A DNA stretch of 64,000 bases from Eledone cirrhosa (lineage: Eukaryota), in assembly GCA_964016885.1 (NCBI GenBank), contig OZ024750.1, forward strand, positions 4,340,001-4,404,000. Direction: 5' to 3'. The notes under the pieces are model-generated. The model made no database searches. It saw only the letters and a list, made by a program, of their open reading frames with translations, and was not told where the DNA came from. Every line of letters begins with the position of its first letter. Positions within the stretch are counted from its first letter, which is position 1. The position numbers and the translations under genes were made by a program. Of this stretch, positions 13,297-27,490 are shown one piece after another.

Positions 13297-13470
13297 TAAT
13301 TGTTTCTACTTTTCGCACAAGGCCAGCAATTACCCAGTACATTACTGGTACTTTATTTTATCGATCCCGTAAGGATGAAAGGCAAAGTTAACCTCGGCGG
13401 GATTTGAACTCAGTCCGTAAAGGGACGTAACTGTGCTGCGTCCGACCCTCTACTGATACTGTCAATCAAC
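13297..13470 (-). mobile_element. SINE family 1 copy
   Basis: Reverse complement of consensus; CATCTTA(A/T)TAAT flanks. Confidence 0.9.
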
Positions 13471-13838
13471 CATCTTATTAATATCGACACATTCAGCTAT
13501 TGTCCCGTAAAACATCAAAGAAGAGGTCAGATAGCGTTAAGACGTATTAACGTAACGTCCATATCGTGACAAAGTAAGTTAAGATTGTGTTTGTATCAAC
13601 TGTTTTATGTATAAGTGTAAATAAAATGTATTTAAATGTCTAATAAATGGAGGTTTCGCGAAACTATTTTCTTTAATTGCAGATTAAACTCGGCTTGTTT
13701 TACGATGTTTCATTTTATATGGAATTTAATCCTATCATAAAACGGGTCCTACCTACTTAAAAACCTATATACATGTATATGTAGGTTTATATAATATATA
13801 TTTGTATACACACACACGCACACAGACATATATATATG

Positions 13839-14022
<184 letters not shown>

Positions 14023-14076
14023 GTGGGAAAGTAAAAAGTAGGAGAATAGACCGTTAAAACATGTTTATTTAAAACA

Positions 14077-14116
14077 GCACCTACGTACGTTTCGCCCAAT
14101 TGGGCTTCTCAAGGGC
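14077..14116 (-). ncRNA. Minimal type I hammerhead ribozyme with U3-A8 variant core
   Basis: Minus strand GCCC-TTGAGAA-GCCC aatt GGGC-GAAA-CGTACG-TA^-GGTGC; perfect stem II, palindromic stem III, GUA site, stem I with one bulge, AATAAA about 10 nt downstream. Confidence 0.7.
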
Positions 14117-14236
14117 ATAAATAATATTTAATACTGCCGGCACTAGTATCTAGCACCTTTGGCATACGCTACTTGGCAAATAACTATATGTATCACCTAT
14201 CCCCCCTTTTTTTCCTCTTTCTCGATACGTAAATAC

Positions 14237-14327
<91 letters not shown>

Positions 14328-14363
14328 ATGTATGTATATATGTATATATGGATGTATGTATAT

Positions 14364-14425
<62 letters not shown>

Positions 14426-14493
14426 CTTCTAAAAACAATGGTTGCATTTTAATAGGGTACGTTAAAGCTTATTTGCAAAACTGTTATATATTG

Positions 14494-14558
14494 TATTTTG
14501 TCTGATGAAGGCATACCATAATTTAATTTGGTATCCCTGAAATATGTATAATGAAATA
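14494..14558 (+). ncRNA. Minimal type I hammerhead ribozyme (family of 47471-47668)
   Basis: TATTTTGT-CTGATGA-AGGCATACCA..TGGTATCCCT-GAAA-TATGTA-TA^-ATGAAATA; stem I 8 bp with 2 G-U pairs; AATAAA overlaps the 3' end. Confidence 0.65.
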
Positions 14559-14598
14559 AATATGGTTTTATAAATATAGTTTCCATTTATTAATATCG

Positions 14599-14634
<36 letters not shown>

Positions 14635-14648
14635 CTGTATATATAATT

Positions 14649-14695
14649 CTTCCTGATGATTTCTACCGAATGAAACAGTTCTAGTCCTGTAGAAG
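14649..14695 (+). ncRNA. Type I hammerhead-like motif (family also at 22754 and 49833)
   Basis: CTTC-CTGATGA-T TTC tacc GAA T-GAAA-CAG ttctagtc CTG-TA^-GAAG; stem II opens with U.U. Confidence 0.65.
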
Positions 14696-14706
14696 CCTTT
14701 CTATAC

Positions 14707-14843
<137 letters not shown>

Positions 14844-14997
14844 GTGTGTGTAATTTACATATATGTATTTATATGCAAGTCTCCCATAAGCACGTATCTG
14901 ATTTGTGCAAATAATGTAGTGTAAAACTTTGCATTTATTGTAGCACGCATGCGCTCCCCTGCACACACATACCCATATATATATATATGTATGTATA

Positions 14998-15093
<96 letters not shown>

Positions 15094-15238
15094 TATATGT
15101 ATGTATATATATGTGTATATATATATATATATTATTTATGTACATATACATACATACATATACATACATACATATATATTATTTATGTACATATACATAC
15201 ATACATACATACATACATACATACATACATACATACAT

Positions 15239-15283
<45 letters not shown>

Positions 15284-15818
15284 CATATATGTACATACAT
15301 ACATACATATATACATATATATCCTACTTGTATTTGTTTTACATGTATTTCTATACATGTCTGGATTTCACTGTTGGGTATTGTGTGTATACGCAAGTGA
15401 TTATGGGAATGGTGTGCATGTGAACAAGTGTGTATAAGCCAGCGAATGTGTTTAAATGTTGGCGTTTAAAATGTATGTATATTGAATTACTGTTCCGGAA
15501 ACTGTCGGTGTCTTATTGTTATTTTTGTTGTTTGTGTTGTTTGCCTTTACTTTTTGCTGTTTCTTCTGTAGCTTCTGTTGTTATTGTTGTTGTTGGTGTT
15601 GCTGTAAAGAGTTTTATAGATTTAGATATATGGGAAATATTACTATGGTATGATTGAAGAGAAATGCTGTAGTGGTCTGTATTTAGAGAAATACCATCTA
15701 CTGTATATAGTAATGTAAAACCGAAGTGTGTGGGTGCTGTAAGTGAAGGTGCTGTGAACATAGTCAGCCATAAGCGTGTATTTATATATATATATGTATA
15801 TATATACACACACACACA

Positions 15819-15864
<46 letters not shown>

Positions 15865-15920
15865 GAAAGCACCGATTGTTTGCTTAAACTTTAATCTGTA
15901 CTGATAAATATTTTCCCTAC

Positions 15921-15959
<39 letters not shown>

Positions 15960-15995
15960 ATCCTTATCGAGCCATAGGATTTGGGTCTTCATAAT

Positions 15996-16034
<39 letters not shown>

Positions 16035-16168
16035 ACTCTCCCGTCCATTTCGTCGGATGAGGATCCGAACAACCTACTCAGTTCGGATGTTTATATCGGA
16101 CATGACATTTTAAATCTACCAAGGATTTGCAAGCACCTCCATAGATCGTGCAAAGGTGAGGTAATGTC

Positions 16169-16252
<84 letters not shown>

Positions 16253-16947
16253 CAATCTAAATGGGTATAAATTAATTACCCAAACCCAAACCTGTAACAC
16301 GTTTTAATATCCTTAAAATTTTCCTAATAGCCATGAAAAATCGATGATTGATTTATCTTTCAAAGTGTCTTGATAATTAATAAAAATTGGGTTATGAGTT
16401 TGATAAGATTCAAATTCTTCCTTCTGGCACTTCTATAGAAGTCGGAAGGATGCCAGAGTGTTACTACTGTTATTTTTATTGCTCAATATTATTATTGTTA
16501 TTATTGTTATTGTTGTTGTTGGTGGTGGTGTTGCTGTTGTAGTTCCTCTCTTTCTTCGTATAAAAACCAGTTACAAAAATTCCGTCTGCATAATTGTCTG
16601 TCGGCTTTTAGCAACGAAGTGACGAGGCTCTTCTGGAACGTTAGGGAATATATTATAGGTCTTACAATCGAAATAACAGAGAAAGAACTGATACATCTCT
16701 TCATCTTTCATCATATAATACTATCATATTACTCCCTCTCGGAAAATATCTAATAGAAGCCAATGGTGGCTGTGAATAAGAAGAAGCAAAAAAAAAAAAA
16801 AAAGGTTATGTTCTTGCTTAGTAATATTGTAAAGAGCGCGAGAAAAGAAACTCTTCAGTTACTGTTACGTAATGTTGGACTTTTCGATGCATTATATACA
16901 TATATAAGTTGGTGTGTGTATGTGTATGTATATATATATATATATAC

Positions 16948-16989
<42 letters not shown>

Positions 16990-17011
16990 ATATATATATA
17001 TTTATATATAC

Positions 17012-17084
<73 letters not shown>

Positions 17085-17849
17085 TGTATGTATTTATGTA
17101 TGCATATATGCATGTATCTTGGGAGTTGATATACTAGAAAAACTATAAATATTCATGGAATATCTTGATGGAAATCTTTTATGAATTGCAAATATATATT
17201 TCGTTCGAAGTTGCAGTTTCGGTCAAACTTTTTTCCCTCTATCGGCAGGATTTGGAACTAGATTACATCTAATATTTGTTGATACTAGTAATTCATATGA
17301 CGTCATAAAAACTAAAATATTTAGGAGAAAAAAAAATAAACAACAATAACTTAATCCATGTAATCACCTACTAATTAAATATTTCTTCTTATTATTATTT
17401 ATTGGTTAGATTAAACACGAATGAAATTCATTAAATAATTAATTAAATTCTATTCATCTTTTCTTGAGTTTCTGATAAAAGCTTCTATATGCAGCGGCTC
17501 TGCAATCAGTAAGAACGTTTGAAAACTCTAATTCTTTACTGCGTTGCTTTGTATTTATTATTCTGAAATCTCTACTATATCAAACCTATTTAAATTAATG
17601 CTGCTATTAACTAATTAGATAGCTAAGCGTAACATAATTAATCCATCTTACTAAGGTTACTTTAAAGTCAGACATCTCATTCATACTCCATGTTAGGGAC
17701 ATTAGAGAAATATACTTATTTCGGTGGTGACATTTCTATGTCATTGGATAATTGGATTCTTTTAAAAACAATATGAAACTAAGTCGATGGTTTTAAAACA
17801 ACCATAATCCCTTTTTCGTGGACATTTTAAACGCCGGCAACAGAGATGC

Positions 17850-18150
17850 CAACAACGGAACCACTTCGTATCTTTTGGAACCCTATATATGGTATGTATG
17901 GTCCCGTAACTCCCAAGGGAGTTGGTCAGAGGGCCGCTGTATTGAGATTCGGCATTTCTAGGGTATTTCTTTTTAAAACCTGGTGGAGCCCATTTTCTCT
18001 CCAGGTCAGAATACGACAGATTTCTTGCAGAGAAAAGATAGAAAGAGTGAGAGAATGGAAGAGAGAATGGAAGAGAGAATGGAAGAGAGAATGGAAGAGA
18101 GAATGGAAGAGAGAATGGGAGTTTTTTTCTCATTCTTTCTTCGGCACTGG
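17850..18150 (-). mobile_element. Composite SINE variant (extended tail with TCAGACCTGGAGAG...CCAGGTTTTAAAA) containing a 12-bp GAATGGAAGAGA repeat
   Basis: Related to 29730-29905, 41318-41550, 47905-48280, 55270-55465 and 58180-58260. Confidence 0.65.
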
Positions 18151-18864
18151 GAAACAAATAATCTTCAGATTATGGATATGGTTATTAAACAACAAGAACC
18201 ACAACAACAACAGTAACAAAAATACCAACAACAACAACAATATCAACAACAACAATAATAACAACAACATCAACAACAATTCATCTATAGAAGATATTTC
18301 GTAAATTCTTGTGTCTAAGCACAAACCATAACTGCAAAGAATCTGAAATCAAAAGAACAAAGGAACGCCGCCTTTGCTTCATCACATTTTCACTTTATCT
18401 TGCTAAAATTCCAATAGATGTTTTCTCCTATGAAAGATATTTGCCAGTTTCCCCAACTTTCACTTATAGTTTTATAGTATCTAAATCTATTCAGCATGCT
18501 TTTCCGCAGTAAATTTCTTAACGTCGACTTCATTTATGTTCCATTCATCTTGATCTTTACCATTTCTTTAAATTATATCACTTCTTAATACTTTTCCATT
18601 CATTGAAAAGTAATAAACCTCGATTCTTCTTTGTATTATATAACACTATAGTCACACTTTCTTCATTTTACAATTCAGCGTTTCTTTTTGTCTATAAGTC
18701 TATAATCTTCTTTTGCTCCTTCATTCATTGTATATTTATATGCTAATGTCTGCTGAGAAAGCATATTTTTTTGTTCGTTTCTTTGTATATATTTCTCTGT
18801 ACAGAGTAACACACACAAAATTTACAGAAGCACAGATACACACGTATACAATTGAGAGACGCAC

Positions 18865-19075
18865 ACGTATAAAATGTATAGAAGCAGGCGTATAAAATTT
18901 ATAGAGGCACTAGTATAACATTTATAGAAGCAGGCGATAAAATTTATAGAAGCAGGCGTATAAAATTTATAGAAGACGTATAAAATTTATTGAAAGGGAC
19001 GTGTAAAATTTATAGAGGCACACTATACAAATTGTAGAGGCATGGGTATATAATTTCTAGAAGCAGACGTATAGA
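18865..19075. repeat. Degenerate ~23-bp minisatellite (GTATAAAATTTATAGAAGCAGGC)
   Basis: About 9 copies by eye. Confidence 0.85.
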
Positions 19076-19415
19076 ATCACTCTGAAACTAATGTATAAAT
19101 GGCTACAATTTTACTAACGCAGAAAGAAACACACACACACATGTATACCTACACACTCAGGCAGAAATATTGGAAGGCGATAAAAATATTGGAAAAGATT
19201 TAGTCTTGTCACTTTTGGATAGAGTTCAATAGAATTAGATACTAGACAACATTACAAGGCTCACACGGAATGGGATATAATACCAAAATAACATATATTT
19301 AACAACTCCTTCTATTTTAATTTATTCCCCGACCTCTCTTCTCTGATTTTATATCTCTTCCTAAATATTTCTAATTTTTTAAAATTTATTCTCTTCTATC
19401 CGTCGTCGTTTTTTT

Positions 19416-19502
<87 letters not shown>

Positions 19503-19900
19503 TACTCTCTCACTCACACACACACACTCTCTCTCTCACGCACACACACACACACTCCCCCACACACACACTCTCTCTTTCTCACACACATACACTCTCT
19601 CTCTCACACACACACACACTTTCTTGCTCTCTCTCACACACACACACTCTCTCTCACTCACTCACACACGCACACACACACACTCACTCTCTCTTACACA
19701 CACACTCTCTCTATCTATCTCTCTCTCTCTCCCCCTCCCCCTCTCTCTAATAGTCTCTCCTACTTACTATGTTTATTCCTTACATTATTATGTTTATATT
19801 TCTAATATCCTCCACCTTCTCTCACCTCCCCCTTCTTTTCTCCTTCCTTCCTCTCACTCCTCTTTCAAAACAGATAAGTAAAATGATATATATACATACA

Positions 19901-19950
<50 letters not shown>

Positions 19951-19957
19951 TATATAT

Positions 19958-20112
<155 letters not shown>

Positions 20113-20366
20113 GTGAAATAAAATAACAAGGACGATTGTTCACTATAATACACTCTGTATAGCTCTACACCTCGACACTGAAGTGAGCCTAAACATCGAG
20201 AACTCACCCTATATCTCTATATATAGTAAGGTATATACTTGTATATGGTCATATATCCTGACAAGTATTTTCAAGTATTTTCAACTTTTTTCATAAAATA
20301 AGTCTCAAAAATCTACCATACAACCTGGAGGCCGAAGGCTGTTTATTATTTCTTTTCACTTTACAA

Positions 20367-20485
20367 TCTGAGTTCAAATCCCGCCGAGGTTAACTTTGCC
20401 TTTCATCCTTACGGGGTCGATAAAATAAAGTACCAGTAATGCACTGGGTAATTGCTGGCCTTGTGCCTAAAGTAGAAACAATTAT
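20367..20485 (+). mobile_element. 5'-truncated SINE family 1 with TSD-like flanks
   Basis: Starts at the B-box; TTATTT(T)CTTTTCAC on both sides. Confidence 0.9.
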
Positions 20486-21104
20486 TTCTTTTCACATTTT
20501 TGGTTGTCAAAAATAGGGTGCGTCCTCGAGGACGAAGCGTCATCGGCGCCGGGAAATACGGTATTTGCGACACAGCTAAAGTTCAGCTTGGTTTACTGTA
20601 TTCTATATGTTCATCTGGTTTCATACTATTTGGTATCTTTGTCACATTTTAAAATAAATAACATAGGTTCTTTTAACGTTAAGATGATGTTTAAAAGAAT
20701 TGTTTTAATTCTAAGACATGAACAACTATTCCAGTGTTTTGTGACAGATAGTTTGAATTTGTTTCGTTCTTGGAAAAACAAACAATGTTTAAAACCAATT
20801 TCAAGTAAGGAAAACATTAATTCTATTGTTATTTATCAAAGAGTAGGCGTTCATATCATTGAAGAAAGGAGAAAGAAAAGGTTGAAAAGAAAAGAAAAAT
20901 ACTCCACAAGTAACCAGCTTCAGTAGTTATTTTAGCTTGTGTCCCGCTCCATGTGTTTGTCTAACAGAAATTTCCATAACATGGTTTTAAGGATTCACCC
21001 TTGTAAGTTCTTTCCAACAGCTGTGTATCCTAAAACGCATCAGTTGCTACTGATAATCTTAAAACTTCAACTTGTTTCAATCATATATTGCAATTAAATA
21101 AACG

Positions 21105-21240
21105 GAGTTGCCAGGAATTGCGACCAGTGGATAAGTATCGGCCATTGGAAAAACCAATGGAAACATTGTTTCCTTGGTCCGATTTTAACGAGTTTTACCC
21201 CACTCGGTAAGCGAGTGAGGTCTCGGATCTTGTCGATCGT
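21105..21240 (+). repeat. Short dispersed repeat, second copy at about 61092-61182
   Basis: GGA.TTGCGACC...ACCAA.GGAAACATTGTTTCCT.GGTCCGATTT shared. Confidence 0.7.
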
Positions 21241-21248
21241 TCTAAAAA

Positions 21249-21441
21249 TAATTGTATCTACTTTTGGCACAAGGCCAGCAATTATCCCAGTGTATTACTG
21301 GTACTTTATTTTATCGACCTCGTAAGGATGAAAGGCAAAGTTAACCTCGGCGGGGTTTGAACTCATAATGGCAAGGGCCGTAACTCTATACGTCAAAGCA
21401 TGGCGCCCGACCCTCTACCGATACTGCCAATCCACCGCCCT
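21249..21441 (-). mobile_element. Full-length SINE family 1
   Basis: Reverse complement of consensus. Confidence 0.92.
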
Positions 21442-21636
21442 AAAAATTCACCGCTCTAAAAATAAATAATAAAAACAAAAAATAATTGACCTTATTTTCA
21501 CATTTTTAACACATAATTACGAATCTAATTTATTGATATTTCTGAATAAAAATTTGAATCTTACCCTTCAGTTACACGTATCATGGGGAGGTATGTAACG
21601 TGAATGTGCTCTGTGTGGGGTCTATGTGAGATTATA

Positions 21637-21690
<54 letters not shown>

Positions 21691-21799
21691 CTCTCTCTCT
21701 CACACACACACACATATATATAAATATATATATTTGTCTTTGTGAGAATTTTTCCTAGGTATAAGCGCTGAAATAAGTCGGTGAACGAATGTTTTCAGA

Positions 21800-22200
21800 A
21801 GTGATTTTGAGGAAAAGATGCATCCTAGATGTGTTTACGTAGATTTGGTTATACCACCCAGAGTTTTGTTTTGTTTGTTAATGAAGCGTTTAGTATTTTG
21901 TCTATCAATGAATAGTGGGCAATGGAGTCGACAGCTTTGCTGATGTTAATAGCAGCTAGATTGTGATTTTTGTGATTTTGTCGGGTCTTGAGATGTAAAG
22001 CTTGGCGAGTGTGTTGAAGAGTTTCTAGAAGATATGTATAACTTTCTTTTACAGTCTGTTGCTCTCCTCTCCAGTCAATAGAATAAATAATTTCTAGTAT
22101 AGGCATAAGGCCAGTCAATAGAATAAATACCAGTTATATGCGGGAATAAGTGAGCAGAAAATTCACTTCCTTCACCAATATGTTGGGCTCTTGGTCAATG
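21800..22200 (-). pseudogene. Decayed non-LTR reverse transcriptase fragment
   Basis: ORF 21849-22118 contains AAINISKAVDSIAHYSLIDKI, matching D.SKAFD.V.H..L..K. Confidence 0.6.
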
Positions 22201-22493
22201 TGGAAATAAATCCATTCTTCATTTATTTCAGACAATAACCTGAGAAGATGATGTCATATAATCGTTTAAATAGTTAGAGAACCGGTTTCAAATATCAATG
22301 AATATCCAAGAATCTATTTCACATCACGTCAATATAGTTAAACCAAATTACACTAAACATCTTGGGAATGGAATAAAACTCCCTTGAAATATGATATATA
22401 TATTTATATATACATGACTATGAAGGTATATATATATATTTATATACATAACTATCGAGGTGTTTATATATATATAAGTTTACATACATACGT

Positions 22494-22575
<82 letters not shown>

Positions 22576-22753
22576 TGTGTGTATCTATATATACTTGTTT
22601 ATAGAATTCTTTCTGCCTTTGTTACTCTAAATATAGCTTTTAAAGAATTCCTTTTTCTTTAAACCCATCAACCAATGACCTCCACCCATCCCAATCCCCA
22701 CCCTCTCCTACCACAAAGAAATATATAAATACCACCATATTACTTGGACAGTC

Positions 22754-22888
22754 AGCTTCCTGATGATATCTCACGAATGAAACAGTTCTAGTCCTGTAGA
22801 AGCTTTTATATATTAAATATTTATACTCTGCTTTGTATTGAGTACTTTACTTACTGTGGTTACCCCCGATTGAACCCGGAATAAACTT
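22754..22888 (+). ncRNA. Hammerhead-bearing element; ribozyme at 22754-22804, then ATTAAA and a 3' tail ending at (TA)n
   Basis: AGCTTC-CTGATGA-..-GAAA-CAG..CTG-TA^-GAAGCT, perfect 6-bp stem I, weak stem II; the tail matches 49936-50021. Confidence 0.65.
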
Positions 22889-22951
22889 ATATATATATAT
22901 ACATGACTATCGAGGTATTTATATATATTTATATATACATGACCATCGAGG

Positions 22952-23001
<50 letters not shown>

Positions 23002-23023
23002 CATACATACCTCGATGGTCATG

Positions 23024-23054
<31 letters not shown>

Positions 23055-23062
23055 GACCATCG

Positions 23063-23104
<42 letters not shown>

Positions 23105-23527
23105 GACTATGAAAGACAATTGTTATTTACTACTCTAAGGAGGAAACGGAAATTTTACATAAGCATTTATTGTTAGTTATTAAATTTCAAAGAGTCCCAT
23201 TTATTACAATTTAGTTGGTCGCTCCAAACAATTCTTCCTTTGTTCCTAGTTAAGAGTTGTATAATTTTTTTTTATCCGTACTGACCCATTTAATAATGAG
23301 GAATTTATTATCTCTTTAAAACCAGCTGATAAGAACCAAATTTTTTATAAAAATAATTGACCAGTTTCTATGTTTATCTATTTGGTACATGATAGTGCAG
23401 CACTGTTTGAACAGAATTTGAAAAAGAAATGAGAATAATTGTTCCTCTAATATTTCAAGTTTTATTTCTGTAACTTAAGACATAGCTGTATAGTTATCAA
23501 GGTCAGGTCAAGTAATAAATAGGCTAT

Positions 23528-23715
23528 AATTGTTTCTACTTTTGGCACAAGGCCAGCAATTACCCAGTACATTACTGGTACTTTATTTTATCGACCCCGT
23601 AAGGATGAAAGGCAAATTTAACCTGGACGGGATTTGAACTCAGAATGGTAAGGGCCGTAACTCTATGCGTCAAAGCATGGCATCCGACTCTCTAACGATA
23701 CTGTCAATCCACCGC
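23528..23715 (-). mobile_element. Full-length SINE family 1
   Basis: Reverse complement of consensus. Confidence 0.92.
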
Positions 23716-24142
23716 TATAAGTGGGCTATCATATTTAGCAACTAGAGTTAGGACGTGCATGGTTTTCTCGAGGACAGAGGTATATGGATATTTGAAATAG
23801 CTTGAAGAAACTGATAAAATGACAAGTCAGCCAATCATATCGGTGGCCTCCCCACAGCCCCGGCGGACAGAATAGAGAAGGCGTTTCAATATAAAAACAC
23901 AAGAAAATATGATTGTTAATATGTATACAGGACATATGACATGTTTTTAAAAAATAAGTATTTCTATTCACTTAATCGTTTTGATATCAACCCACCTGAA
24001 ACCTCCCATGGCTCTGTGATAAAACTGTTTATTTAAAAATATTTATATCTGTATAAAAAACCTTCCATCATAATTTAAGGTAAGAATATTTTTTTCGTTA
24101 TGTTCTAAAGAACTTAATGAAAAAGTTATTTTACTAAAATTT

Positions 24143-24780
24143 CATCTGCCTGTCACCCACCTTGTGGATTGTCTCTCTGTTGACCACTGGTCACTGGTCT
24201 CCGTCCTCTGTGGCATTATATATCATCTACCTGTCACCCACCTTGTGGATTGTCTCTCTGTTGACCACTGGCCACTGGTCTCTGTCCTCTGTGGCAATAT
24301 ATTTCATCTGCCTGTCACCCACCTTGTGGATTGTCTCTCTGTTGACCACTGGCCACTGGTCTCTGTCCTCTGTGGCAATATATTTCATCTGCCTGTCACC
24401 CACCTTGTGGATTGTCTCTCTGTTGACCACTGGCCACTGGTCTCTGTCCTCTGTGGCAATATATTTCATCTGCCTGTCACCCACCTTGTGGATTGTCTCT
24501 CTGTTGACCACTGGCCACTGGTCTCTGTCCTCTGAGACATTATATATCATCTGCCTGTCACCCACCTTGTGGATTGTCTCTCTGTTGACCACTGGTCACT
24601 GGTCTCTGTCCTCTGAGACATTATATATCATCTGCCTGTCACCCACCTTGTGGATTGTCTCTCTGTTGACCACTGGCCACTGGTCTCTGTCCTCTGAGAC
24701 ATTATATATCATCTGCCTGTCACCCACCTTGTGGATTGTCTCTCTGTTGACCACTGGCCACTGGTCTCCGTCCTCTGAGG
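24143..24780. repeat. 81-bp minisatellite, about 8 copies
   Basis: Unit CATCTGCCTGTCACCCACCTTGTGGATTGTCTCTCTGTTGACCACTGGCCACTGGTCTCTGTCCTCTG...; explains the 27-aa repeat ORFs. Confidence 0.97.
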
Positions 24781-24866
24781 CATTTATGCCCATCGCTGAC
24801 TTTGACAGCATTTAGCTGTCTTAACTGCTGTTCTAGCGATGGGCTTTCTTATTTATGTAATAATAA

Positions 24867-25040
24867 TAATTGTTTCTACTTTTGGCACAAGGCCAGCAAT
24901 TATCCCAGTGCATTACTGGTACTTTATTTTATCAACCCCATAAGGATGAAAGACAAAATTAACCTCGGCAGGATTTGAACTCAGACCATAAAGGGACGTA
25001 ACTCTATGCGTCAAAGCATGGCGTCCGACCCTCTACTGAT
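24867..25040 (-). mobile_element. SINE family 1 within (TAA)n
   Basis: Reverse complement of consensus. Confidence 0.9.
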
Positions 25041-25487
25041 AATAATAATAATAATAAAATAAATAGAACCAACCCAAATTCCTGATTATTTTCAAAATTA
25101 ACTGAAACACATTAAATGTATTTCTTGTGAAATATGGTCACGAAAAGGTTAATCTCATTAAAAACTAAACTATTTATTTTTATAATAACAACATGGGAAA
25201 TGGATTTGTAATGTGAGGTCTGACATTGGATAAACTCTTTGCTTGGGTGTATTTAGTATCACTGAATAAAGTTCGGGGGGGGGGGGGGGGATGTTAATGG
25301 TTCATGTAACCGTGGCTCACAGGAAATAGCGGCGTAAAAATCAACTGGAATGGTCAATAGGAATACTTGATAACAACAACAAATATAGAAATCCTCTTAT
25401 ATTACTGCATATATGTGCATTTATGGGAGTGATAGAAGATATGACAGAGGTGGCAAGGGAGGAGGAGGAAGAGGAGAAATAGAAAGA

Positions 25488-25560
<73 letters not shown>

Positions 25561-26415
25561 TGTGTGAGTGTGTGTGCGCGCGCGCGTGCGTGTGTGTTTG
25601 AACATATTTGAAAGCGGAAAGATCGGCGCCAATATTTATTTGATAGTGGTAGTTTTATTGACTGACTATTAAAACGAAGTATAATTCTACAACATAATTA
25701 AACCTCTTGAGTTACTTTCTAAACCAGAATTTCCGTCTAAAAAATGGAATGTAGTCCACTGTTAATATTAATTATATTATCATACTGTGAAGTTCTGTGG
25801 TTATAAGTACACAAATTGTATAAAGTTTGACTTACGGGAAGTTCCTGCAGTGTCAAAGAAAGTCTATTCTATTCAAACCTACAAGCCCAGATGAACCTAT
25901 TTGCGAAAAAGGTTCACTGGCTTTCAATAAAATAATGAGCTAATTCTAAATCAATTAGTACAGGGTGGTGTAGAACACACCAGCACTGGGAGATTATTAA
26001 AAATAAAGGTCCTCTAGAGAAAGGAAAAGGTTCCTGTTTAATTGAATCCATGGTGGTTGAAGTGAAGACATCTCATTTCTTTCGTGTTACTTGCGATTTA
26101 GGAAAACATGGATATCATAATATCACAATTCACCTGTCAAAACAGGTGACTAATCCAATGAAACTAATATACAGTTTCATGGGCCAATGAGTGGACCACT
26201 ACATGGTTGCTCGCACTGTTAAAAATAGTAGACAATTTCCCCTCAAACAAATCGAACTTGTTAGATAGTGTAGTCCTAGATGCACTGCATGAAATACATA
26301 CGATAACATGGGATAATATACAGTTTCATGGGCCAATGAGTGGACCACTACATAGCTGCTCTCACTTTTAGAAATAGCAGACAAATCTCCCTCAAACAAA
26401 TCGGACTTGTAGGAT

Positions 26416-26735
26416 AAAGTGGAAGGCACTCCATCGGTTACAACGACGAGTGTTCCAGTTGATTCGATCAACGGAACAGCCTGCTCGTGAAATTAACGTG
26501 CAAGTGGCTGAGCATACCCCAGACATGCATAGCCTTAACATAGTTCTCAGGGAGATTCAGTGTGACACAGAATGTGACAAGACTGGCCCTTCAAATTACA
26601 AGTATAACTTACTTTTGCCAGCTGAGTGAACTGGAGCAACGTGAAATAAAGTGTCTTGCTCAAGGACACAGCGACCCACCGGATATCGAACCTACGACCT
26701 TACGGTTGCGAGCTGAATAGCCTAACCACGAAGCC
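26416..26735 (-). mobile_element. Near full-length tRNA-derived SINE family 2
   Basis: Minus strand GGCTTCGTGGTTAGG...GGTTCGATATCC (A/B boxes), CCTTGAGCAAGACACTTTATTTCACGTTGCTCC core, tail GCTCAGCCACTTGCACGTTAATTTCACGAGC... Confidence 0.85.
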
Positions 26736-27139
26736 AGATAGATAAAATATATTGGATGCATACAATATATGTTAGCTTCAGAATTTTGCTATGGAAATTT
26801 ATTTAAGACAATCTCTTTTATATTCTTTTTATTTGTAACATGTAACAAGTGTATGGAAGACTTAATGGCTATACAAGAAAGACATTGACGTATGAGTATT
26901 TCTGTTGGAAATTCTATATGTCTATTAAATGTATTGTCAGACAAATCGATTAGACAAATTATATTAGAATAATGAATTTGAATATTAAATAATAATTTTT
27001 AGTCTATTGAATAATGTTTTAGTAGTTTAGATATTAAATAAATATCAAGTAATTTGCTTGTAATGAATTGTTTATGTAATTGATTCCGACTATTATATAC
27101 GGATGATTCCGTATGAATTCTTTCGACCCATTCGTTAAT

Positions 27140-27490
27140 AACAAGATTACCCAATAATCATTTTTTGATTAAGTTGAAACTTTGGAAGACAATGTATTGG
27201 CCACAGCTAAAGTCTATTTCCATTCTAGTAAGTAATTACTTTAAAGTAATTATTTTAATTTCTTCAGATATTTTCTTGCTAAATCACCAATATTGAAATT
27301 TTGAAGCAACAACACACATGGTTCGTTTTTCTTATGCATCACATACATCTTTAGAGATCAGCATTCACGCTCATTACACACGAAAAGTTTCTGAATTTCT
27401 TATAAATTTTCATGTCTGAAGATCAAATCTTTATTATATAGACAAGACTGCGTTTAGCTTTAGTAATTTACCAAAATAAAATCTCATAGC
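27140..27490 (+). pseudogene. Possible decayed hAT (Charlie-like) transposase C-terminus
   Basis: FLIKLKLWKT, a frameshifted ASTY..ESAFT-like segment and an RLRLAL-like segment, in the expected order. Confidence 0.4.

Noticed and set aside
15340-15780. Possible Penelope ORF remnant on - strand between TA tracts
   Set aside because: Only a vague resemblance (TIPIIT..Y..P); no RT or GIY-YIG motif is visible. A profile search is needed.
24162-24815. 217-aa hydrophobic repeat ORF
   Set aside because: It is open only because the unit length (81) is a multiple of 3; several frames on both strands are open.
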